A DNA stretch of 63,429 nucleotides, counting the filler, from Reticulomyxa filosa (Eukaryota; Protista; Foraminifera): the NCBI GenBank assembly GCA_000512085.1. It is 23 parts of 23 records of this genome, joined end to end, with 100 filler letters (N's around TTAATTAATTAA, not from the genome) between each part and the next. Parts side by side here need not be neighbours in the genome. Positions count along the whole stretch, not along the records: positions 51,679 to 54,849 come from ASPP01047146.1; positions 54,950 to 57,105 come from ASPP01027396.1; positions 57,206 to 59,519 come from ASPP01003711.1; positions 59,620 to 62,329 come from ASPP01003147.1; positions 62,430 to 63,429 come from ASPP01033510.1; 18 more parts are not named here. One strand, given 5' to 3'. The notes beneath the pieces were generated by a model. It did no database searches. It had not been told where the DNA came from and saw nothing but the letters and a program-made list of their open reading frames with translations. Shown here in pieces: positions 53,241-63,429 of the stretch. Position numbers and translations under genes: made by a program. Each line of letters starts with the position of its first letter. Position 1 is the stretch's first letter.

Positions 53241-54849
53241 ATGCATTTTAGAAGAGTAGGCGCACCAGTGAGAAATATGGGTATATGCAATTACTTAATG
53301 TTTTACTTAATAAAGATTTTCTTATTTTTTAAAATAGCAACAAGAGGACGATGGACTGTTAGACGTCCTCTATGTAATACCAGAAAAGTTGATTTATATT
53401 CCGAAGAATCAGTAGAAAATTTTAGAGAAGAATCAGTGAAAGATTCTCTAGAATCTAAAGAAGAAGCACTAGCAGAATATAAAGAAGAATCATTATGAGA
53501 CTCTAAAGAAGAATCAGTAGAAGATTCTCAAAAAGAATTAGTTGATGATTATAAAGAACTTCCACAATCAAAAGAAGTTCTTATTACAACAAGATCAAGA
53601 TCTCCATCAACAGCAAAATCATCACCAAAGTCACAACCACCAAAAGCAAAGTCACAATTAGTATTAGATAATACATCAGAACTATTATTGAGATTATCTA
53701 TTGATGATGCAAAATCACAAAAAGATAAACTTCAATCGTCTGCAAATGAACCATCACAATTATTGGACGATGCGACAATATTATTAAGAAAATTAGATAT
53801 TACAAATGAGCAATCGTTGTGTGATACAGAAGAACTATTTGGTAAATTAGATATCGATTCAAGAAAGGATCAACATTATTATCACAAGATGAAAAGATAT
53901 TGTCTACACAATATGTAGAAAAGACTGAATTATCACGTGATGTGGGAAACAATGAATTACCTCTAAATGTGGGAAATAATGAATTATTATTAACAGTGGA
54001 AAAGACTGCATCACCACAAGCTGTGATAAATACTACATCTATACCAAATGTGGAAAATACTGAATTATTATTAGTGGAAAATACTTCATCACTCCAGATG
54101 TGGTAAAGACTACATCATCACCAGATGTGAAAAATACTGAATTACTATTATCTGTGGAAAAGATTTCATCACCTCCAGTTGTAAAAATTTCTTCACAACT
54201 ACAGTCTGTTAAAAAGACTTCATCACACTAGCTGCTGAAAAGACTGTATCACCGCTAGCTGTTGGAATCATTGCATCAACAACACATATTGGAAAATCTA
54301 CATATTCACTAGATGTTGGATTACAATCAAATGTGAGAAAATCTGCATCACCACAAACTGTGAAATCTGAATCTCCACAATACGTATGAAAGACATTATC
54401 ACCACCAGCTGTATGCAGTATTGTATCTCCACAATATATAAGAAATGCTACATCACAACAGACTTCTGGAAAAATTGTATCACCACAATTCGTAGCAAAG
54501 ACTGCATCTCCTCCATATGTTAGAAAGGATTTATCACCGCAATATGCAGTAAATATTGCATCTCCACAATCTGTTATGGACCTGTCATCACAATCATCAT
54601 TATCATATGTGGAAAAGCAACAATCACAATCACCATCAATATCATTATCACCTTCAAATCCTCCATCATACAAATATCAGATTACGACAATGCAAATTCC
54701 ATTAATCAGACAACAAGCATTACAAGAAAGAATGGAATTACATTGTCGTAAAGGTATTTTAATAATTTATATTTTATAATAACTATATATATATATGAAT
54801 TGTTCTGTTGTTATATTTACATAAGAAGGACAAGTAAGCATATTACAAG
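53241..54849 (+). pseudogene. Repetitive E/S- and S/T/P-rich protein, disrupted
   Basis: EESVEDSK-type and VEKTASP-type repeats continue across in-frame TGAs (53496, about 54387) and several frameshifts. Confidence 0.55.
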
Positions 54850-55079
54850 NNNNNNNNNNNNNNNNNNNNNNNNNNNNNNNNNNNNNNNNNNNNTTAATTA
54901 ATTAANNNNNNNNNNNNNNNNNNNNNNNNNNNNNNNNNNNNNNNNNNNNAAAGATGTCAGGTGAACTGGAGAACTGGCGTTGAACTTATCATTCAAGAAA
55001 ACGCACAAACGACAATTCACGCAAAGCAATTTTTTAATAAAAAACTTGAGACAAGTGTCAAACATTTACGATCAAATAT

Positions 55080-57105
55080 GATAACAACTTGGAGTTGTCC
55101 AACTTTCACTTCACATTTGCTTACTGGCACCGCAACTACAACAGCTACTTTCCAGTTGTTCGATAGACAGGTACTTGATTCTTTGGATATCTATGTTATA
55201 CATGTGTGTTGATACACGTTTCAACAATTTTCCAATCACATTATAAGAAAACATTAACTTGGAATATAGGTTGCTCATATAATTATAGTTCACCAATTTC
55301 AAATTGTTCAAGTTTTTTTCAATATATTACGCACCACATCACATAATATGATATTTTTTTTCAAATTATACGCAATTCAAGCGCACTACAATGACCAACA
55401 TCTAATACACACTGTCATTAAAATCGATATTTGTTCAATGATGAACAATACATTTAATTGGAAAAATGACATGTGCACGCGTGGCTTAACGATTTGATAT
55501 ATTGGATTTCTATAGGCGACAATCGATACTTGCTGATACTATTGTTATCGCTGTAACTGTTGCTATTATTGCTGAGAACTTGCTCCAACACCACTGGCAA
55601 TGTAAACAGCGACAACTTTTCCATTTTCATTTGTACATTTTTAAATATATATTAAAAAATTTCAAGTAACAAATACCACATAAATAATGAGTATACGTAT
55701 AAAGATATTATGTTGAATATGTATATAAAAAAACATACTTTTTCAAGCAATAGATACAATCACAATTATAACGCAGATGACAGGAAAGAGGAACAGTCGC
55801 AATAACAACAAATCCTTGTAACGTTAAATTGTTCGAGTGCGCACTTCGATACTGTAAATTAAAGTTGAGTTTGCTTTTCATTTACATTTGTCTTTTCTTT
55901 CATGTCATGATCAGCGTCTTGATCACTTTGAAACAGTCCAGACATCGCATATTCAGTGCCGATACACCATGCGAACGCCTTTATAAGCTCTCGGAGGGTG
56001 TTGCAACTTCGAAGATCGTATTCACATTATGGACATCGTCATTCCAAATATTGGCAACTGTGATCATCATTGTGGAGACGTTTTGCTTCTTTCACAAATA
56101 ACCAGCCTTGACCGATACATAAAGTACGTATTCCTTTATGCGTGCAATCGTGATTGCCCAATCAATCGCGTAACTCCACAAATATATGCTTGTCTGTCGC
56201 GAAATGCATGACGAACTTCAATGGCCGAGTGGTAAAGACGATCGACTATGTACAAGAAAAACAGCGATGGAAGGTGAAATTGTACAGCAAAAAGAAAGGA
56301 AAAAGCACTTGGAAGTAAAGGAAGAAAACATTATCATATTGTTTACCTGGGAAATACAATCGGACTTTCCCACGGACGATTGATTGGATGCATTTACTAG
56401 GGAGCCATGTCCGAACGAGGTAGCGCAATTGGGACAATTTTTCTTAGGAAAGTTGTTCCAAAAATCAATTGCCATTGTCATTGAATTGAGACATTTGTAA
56501 ATGATTGTATTAAAGAATTCATTACCGTTCACATTGCCAAGACGAATCCGGTGAGGGGGGGCATGATGGAAAAGTCAATGCAGTGGAAGTACCAACGGTA
56601 ATGATGATAGAATCGGCCCAAGAAGCAAAAATATCAACATTGGCAATCGTGTTGAATTGAATTGGGGCCGTGCATGTGTTGTGAAATGGATTGTCTTGGC
56701 TGCCTTTAGTTGCGACGAGAAATGGGAACCAAACTTAATAATTGACTATAATTGAAGAAATATTCCAAGTTCACAACAACAACAACAAAAAACTATACTT
56801 ACCTTGTATTATCATATTTGTGCGTGTTTCAATACAATGTACCGGAAACAGGAATACTTGCTTGTCGACGTTACGTGACAAACATAATAGCGATGGAAAA
56901 GTACGAAAGACGCTTGATCAGCAAAAAATAATTGCGGAAAGACCATATCGAAGTGTTGGATGAAAAGACCAATTCGAGTACGATTGCACCATTTGAAAAT
57001 ATTCCATCCTCCAACTCGCAGCTTGACTCGTGAAAAATAACACGATGGAAACTCGGCCAGTGAACGGAGGAATGGTAAAATATCTTTGGACGTATAAAAA
57101 AAAAA
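55080..57105 (-). pseudogene. Second degenerate copy of the DEP/RhoGEF-like gene
   Basis: 55087-55530 aligns by eye with 49703-50140. YLWSYAIDWAI...GYL resembles a DEP motif. Confidence 0.4.
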
Positions 57106-59619
57106 NNNNNNNNNNNNNNNNNNNNNNNNNNNNNNNNNNNNNNNNNNNNTTAATTAATTAANNNNNNNNNNNNNNNNNNNNNNNNNNNNNNNNNNNNNNN
57201 NNNNNAACAAATGATGTTTTGGTAATTCTAATTAGAAAATCAATCGTATAAAAAATTGATAATGTTGTCCATATTCGTGTAAAGAACAAATTAAAATACG
57301 AAATAAAACCAAAACCAAAATCAAAGTCATATGTAAAGATAAAATTTTATCATGTATTTAATTGTGCTTCTTCAAAATGTATTTCATAATAATTTGATCT
57401 TCTCATAATATCACACGTTTGGTCTTTTTGTTCAATAAATATAATATATTTGTACAGTTGCCATAACACATAATAGTACAATCAGTCAAAATTTAATTCA
57501 AAAAAAGAATTTGAATGACTTACATTTAAATAAAATATAGCCAAATGAATTCATAGTAAAATTTTACAAACACTACTGCATACCAATTATTAAACCATTT
57601 CAATAATAATTTCATTCGTTGGAATTGAAGTTTTCAAATTTTGAAACAAACTCATTTGATAGTTAACATCTCCTTGATTTTTGAAGGAACAAAAAAACAA
57701 GATGGTGATATGATAAATCCATTTTCACTCTTTCAAATGAACATCAATCACTTGCGTTATAAAAACATAGCAATACATTCATTTCAGATTCAGATAAATT
57801 CGATATTTGATTTCAGTTTCAAACAAAAGAAAAATAATGTAAGTTTTTTTGCAAAGAAACTGCAAAACTGAGTCTACCAAAAGCAAATAGAAATCAAAAA
57901 AAGTCATGTTTTCTTACAGAGTCAAGTTCAAATTTTCTTTAGAAATAAAAAGCCTTTCAAACATACATTATTTGTTATCTTTTTGATGTCAATTCAAGCG
58001 AATAATTTGAATTTTAATCAAATCAGAGATAATTGAAAAAAAAACATAATACTTTTCATTTTTGTTTTGATGAATTTGATTATTATCAAAGCCTATGATA
58101 AAAAAATCAAAATTATAATCAAATATGTCAAAAGAGATTAAACAAGTCGCTGGATGCACTTAATAAATCATTTTTCGACACCAATCTTGAACAGTTGTAA
58201 ATGATGCACAGTGTGAAGCATTAGACGTACTGCTTCCTTTCAAAGTTTTTATTAGGTAATAAAGTTATTATTTTTCTTTAATTGAAAAAAAAGAGAAATT
58301 TTTGTTGTATAAACATACTTTGAATTTCAAAGAGTCTTGGGTAAAGTATAATATTCAAAATTGAAATATATGTAAATCAAACACACTAATCAATGCATGT
58401 CTTTTTGTATATTTAGATCAACCAAAAGACAACAACGTGACTTGATTTCTATCTTGTTGATGTTATTATTGTTATCTACCAGTTCACTAACATCACTTGG
58501 ATACTCACAAATAAATTTGTATTCGTTTTTGAGTCTTTTAAGTAGATCTCCATAAATGGTTATTTCGTGTTTATGTTAGCACACATTGGTGATCAGAAAT
58601 TAGTGGTCAATTCTTTCAACTTTAAAAGGGAATTGAAGTAATAAGATGTTGACTTTATCACAAGCAACGTTATTTCACCAATCAATTGACAATAGTTTGT
58701 TCTAACGTACTGACTTAATTTGGACTATTCAGTTTTATTTTTCATTTTTAAGTTTTGAAAATAGTGGTCATTTTTAGTCAATTTTGACATGTAACAAGCA
58801 TTCTCGTCCCAATATGAAAAGACAAATTACCAATCAATTTTTTTTTTTGCAGTGGAAAAAATAAAAAAAGAGAAAAGAAAAAAAAATCAAAAAGAAACAA
58901 ATAACTGTTTTATATTTTATGATTGTAATTTAGACAAAATAAAAGCAAGGACATAATTGATTAACTTTTTATTTTTTATTGTCTGATAAATTTATTTATA
59001 TGTTACAACGATAGCAAGGATAATATCATCTTTATAATTTGGTATTTTAATTTACATTCCAAATATTAGTATATATGATAAACAAGTTTGCTCAAGTAAT
59101 AGATAATATCAATCACAGCTGTTGAATTGCTTGTAATCAGGTCGATAAAAGCAAGTTTCTAATTCCTGTTCAAAATATTTCCACAATAAAATGTTCGTGA
59201 ATTTTTCTATTGTTTTGCAAAAAAGGAAAAAAAAGTGGTTGTTGTCCTATAACATTACAAATACGTATTCTCGAACGTGCATTTCTTTGTAACGTAAGTC
59301 ATTGCTCTTGTGTAAGAGAAGTGTGTTTCTATGGAATTTTTACAAAAATATATATCATTTTGGAAACTACTCGCTAATACGCCTGCCCATCAATATTGAA
59401 AATGACTATCTTTTAAAGTCAAAATTAAACATTTTTTTATTGGAAATATTTTTACGGTGACAATGATTGTCATGGTGAATGAACAAAGATATGTCATTAT
59501 ATTATATGGACACAATGACNNNNNNNNNNNNNNNNNNNNNNNNNNNNNNNNNNNNNNNNNNNNTTAATTAATTAANNNNNNNNNNNNNNNNNNNNNNNNN
59601 NNNNNNNNNNNNNNNNNNN

Positions 59620-60384
59620 GTATTTAATATCCACCAAAGATTTTCAATTGGATTTAAATCAGGTGAATTCTCAGGAAATTTATTTATTTTATTTTTTTGT
59701 TTTAACTATTTAATAATTTTTTCCGATTTATGGCATGTTGCATTATATTGCTGAAAATCCAATTTTTTTTATTTTCTAAGCAGCAATTGACGATCTTTAG
59801 ATTTCATCAGATAAAACTTCTTTATATATATCAGTATTTACTCCACCTTGCAAGCGTAATATATTAATAATGCTCCAAAACATGTCCAGACTAAAATGCT
59901 TCCACCAACAAATTTTGTTCTTCTTGTTATCGAATTTTCATCTAATGGTTGTCAATCAATATTTTGACAACATGTCAAACATGTAACAAAACTTAAAACA
60001 TAAATAAAATTTAAATTTTACAAAAAAATTTCAAATAGTCAAATTTTAAATGTTGAATTTAAAAACTACGAAAGATAAAATATGAATTCTTTTTTAAAAA
60101 GTACACATGACTTGAGTATTACTAAAAAGAAAAAAAAGATTTAAAATTTCATTTTGGTAATACAGTTTTGACTTATATGAGTTCCTGAGAAATTTTAAAA
60201 TAATGTGAAAAAATGATATTTTAATCAACTAGAAAAAAGTTATTATAAAACTAATTTAAATTTAAAAACTACAAAATTTGTGGATATTTTTAAAAATTAG
60301 TGTTAAATGTTATTTTTCACGTAGAAAATAGATTCTATACATAAGATGGTATTAAATATTCTAGTTTTTTTGCAATATATTGTA
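59620..60384 (-). mobile_element. Decayed Tc1-like (DDE) transposon: terminus plus transposase catalytic remnant
   Basis: Minus strand GGSILVWTCF and FQQYNATCHKSEKIIK*LKQKNKINKFPENSPDLNPIENLW. 60200-60384 is homologous to the right part and TIR of the MITE at 22960-23153. Confidence 0.88.
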
Positions 60385-61539
60385 ATAAGAAATTTATGGA
60401 AAAATTTAATTGCAAATACACGTACATCTTAATAATGTAAGTTTAGTAGCCTAAAGTAATAAATAAGATAGCAATGATGACCAAAATAATCAAGCAAAAA
60501 AAATTATGAGTTTCATGATTACAAATTGCTCTTTGTTATCCAGTATGAAGAGAACTGATTAAGAATATTGACTGAGTTGAGATTATGCATCACATGTGGG
60601 TAAACACTTTCGTCGCATCACAATTCCTTGAAACTAACCATCTATATCGTTCCACTGCAATCAATATTCCTGATTCCATACACTGCGCCAATACTGCATA
60701 ACATCAAGACCATAATCACATTTTTTCTTTTTTTCAGATTAGATAACTAACTATATAATTAGAAATTTTTTTGACACCTTTTGGTAAGATCTTTTTGTTG
60801 CTTTATCTTTTTGTTCTTTCTTGTATTCTTTTGAGATGAATTTTTTATAATATTTGAAGATGAAAATTTTTTTCTTTTGGTGAAAATGTCTTGCTGATAA
60901 GTATACCTTAACGTTTTTCAAACATATCGAATTCAATAATATTTTAAATTATATTTTCACTTTGCTATAAAATAACTAAAATTTCTAAAAGTCAAAAAAA
61001 GATATTTGCTTTGGTTGATACGAAAATCGAGTTGTGCAAAAAAAATTGTCAAGCACATTTAAAGAAGACAAAAAAGGCGGCCAGCACGTTGTTTTACAAA
61101 GTATTGAAATAAGAGTAAATTAATCACAAAAAAATTCGAATTTAATTTTAATGTTTGTGTAGTATTGTAGCTCCTAAAATTTAAGATCTTTCCTTTTTTT
61201 CCATTTTTGATTATGCTGAATCCATCCAACACGTTAAGGGTTCAGGTAATAATCAAAATCAAAAATTGGTAAACAGACAAAAGGGATTGTCTGCCGCTTT
61301 ACATTTACTTCTAATAGAAATTTTTTGAAAGTACTGTGAAAAATATTGAATAAAGAGATAAACATCTTCTACATGGAATTAAACCAAAAATGATATTACT
61401 TACAATTGTAACACAAACCAAACTGTTATATTTGTTCCTTAAAAAACGCAAACATTGGTAAAACACGAACTAAAAAAAGGAGCAAAAAAAAAAAGCATAA
61501 AACCCAAAAAGCCGGTTTTTACGGAAGGTCCTTTCCCCC

Positions 61540-62292
61540 TGTCACAATCATGTTTTTCAGCATTTCATTTTGTGAGCGAAGGTCTTTGATCTACAAATCC
61601 ACCAAATTTTTTGTGATTAGATTTGTTGAGCCTTAACAAAAAAGAGCAAACAAATCAAAAAAAAAAAAAGCAAGTACCTCTTGAACGAGTAATTTTCTTT
61701 GTGATTTCAAGACTTTGACTTGTTGTTGCAGAAGCTCTGTGTTACTTGAAGGCACTATAATAATAATAATAATAATAATAATGAGACAACAACTATAAAA
61801 TAGAAAAAAAAAAGAGAAAAACTTGCCTTGTTTTGCAAGATTAATTTGTGCTTCCCCCAGCTTCTTCTCCAAACTGGCGATTTTGTCTTTGTAGAGTTGA
61901 GCATCTTTTTGAAGGGTATCAATCGTGAACCTCTGCTGTTCAATGGCTCCTTGCATTTGGGCAACTTGCTGCCTTTGCACATCAATCTGATTGCGCAAGG
62001 CTTGTTGAGACTGTTGAATCTTGACTTGCTCTTGTTGTTTCAGAATGACACGCTGTTGCGCTTGCATTTGAATTTGAGGGGGTAACTCACTAAATTGCTG
62101 TTGCAACATTTGAAACTGGTCTCGTAGCAAAGTATTTTGTTCGACTTTGTCACGTAACTTGCGTTGTGTGCTGGTTAATGTTTGTTCCATTTGTCCGATT
62201 CGATTTTGCAATTCTTTCATTTTTTCGATCCATTGCTTTTTCTCCGTCGCATATTTTACTTGCAATTGTTTGTATTTCGTTTCTTGTGATCC

Positions 62293-62293
<1 letters not shown>
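61540..62293 (-). CDS. Gln-rich coiled-coil protein, C-terminal exons
   Basis: Long heptad-like Q/K/E-rich frame. Introns with (TA)n and (ATT)n. Confidence 0.75.
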
Positions 62294-62329
<36 letters not shown>

Positions 62330-62429
62330 NNNNNNNNNNNNNNNNNNNNNNNNNNNNNNNNNNNNNNNNNNNNTTAATTAATTAANNNNNNNNNNNNNNN
62401 NNNNNNNNNNNNNNNNNNNNNNNNNNNNN

Positions 62430-63429
62430 GTCGTTTTGAGTGAAGAGCACATTGACTGACGGCGGATTCCAAAGGGTTTCGTCGACTTGTTTGCGAACGC
62501 CGACGGTGGATAGCGGAGTTTGCGGAGACAACGCGGCGTTGTAATCGGACTTGTTATGGTTGTTGGACGAGCCGAGCGTTCCGACGGTGTCGAGCGCAAT
62601 CACGTGGGAGTGCAAAGGATGGCCAAGAGGCGTCGTCGCGATCAGGTGGTTTTGACTTTGGCTTTGAGGAGTCATTGCGTAGCTTGGAGGAGTCCCGACA
62701 GAGGATAGATCATCCAGCTCCTCCACAGCGTCGTGAGGCGAGTTGCCATTACCATTTGTATTTGTATTTACATTTGTATTTGCATTCCAATAGTATCCCT
62801 GCCATTGACTATCGACAATGGGTTGGATATTGGTTTGCACAAAGTTTTGAATGTCTTGGTGATAAATCACGCGCTGCTGCTTTTGGTCGCACTTGTTGGC
62901 AACTACAATCACCGGAATGAATGGTGGATCACTGCCATTTAGCAAAGGCTCGCTGGCGACAGAAGATGTCCGACGTTTACGTATCAACGGCATTTTGCTT
63001 AAAAAGTCTTGGTATCTGGTGACATTACAAACATATCCGCACATATTCATATATAAATATATTCATATATGAATATACGAAGATATAAAAATATGTATGA
63101 AATGTTTGTTCAAAACTTAAATAGCAAATATTCCAACGAAGACGTATCCGTGACATCGCAGACCAAGACAAGCGCATCGACTTTTTCAAAGAACGTGTCG
63201 TCACCGATGGCGTGGAATCCCAAGTCGATGATATGCAAATTCACGTTCAGATCCATTTTCGATACGCGAATGTGTTTCTTTTGACTGCCGATGGGGTCCT
63301 TGGTCAATTGCGATTGCGGAATGGCCTCGGCGGGGGCAGGACTGGACTCGAGTTCCACCTGCACATTATCGTCATCGTCGTCCCTATACTCGAAGTCTGC
63401 GAACGAGAAGAGGGGACCAACGTGTTTGG
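62430..63429 (-). CDS. Atypical Ras-superfamily small GTPase with long insertions, partial
   Basis: VNLHIIDLG (G3 region), VDALVLVCDVTDTSSLE and IPVIVVANKCD (G4). A GT-AG intron joins EYLLFK to YQDFL. Confidence 0.75.

Noticed and set aside
57206-59519. Possible gene in an AT-rich contig
   Set aside because: No long frame or recognisable motif on either strand.

Overview
The window is not contiguous DNA. It is 23 short contigs (about 1-8 kb) joined by 22 identical 100-nt artificial linkers (N44-TTAATTAATTAA-N44), so adjacency across linkers means nothing. Twenty-two contigs look like an AT-rich, intron-rich, homopolymer- and microsatellite-rich protist genome. The Kelch-like family, low-complexity inserts and heavy pseudogene load suggest the foraminiferan Reticulomyxa filosa or a relative (inference, not verified). 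Recognisable, mostly partial, genes: a Ser/Thr kinase, a kinesin motor, a TMEM184/OST-alpha transporter, an anoctamin, a CCHC zinc-knuckle protein, MCM10, a Kelch-like protein, an AT-hook protein, a C2-domain protein, a Furry/Tao3-like protein, a WrbA-type quinone reductase, an RGS-like C-terminus and an atypical Ras-like GTPase. One contig (25678-26757) is GC-rich and bacterial from end to end (lrp divergent from dadA). Mobile DNA includes a decayed RNase H-bearing LINE, a decayed Tc1-like transposase and a MITE sharing its terminus. The most unexplained signal is a ~300-nt non-coding segment with nested GC-rich inverted repeats at 10696-10992 (structured ncRNA or solo LTR). Next is a protein built on 11 left-handed beta-helix-type hexapeptides (622-1295). 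No clearly new multi-gene system could be established from the sequence alone.
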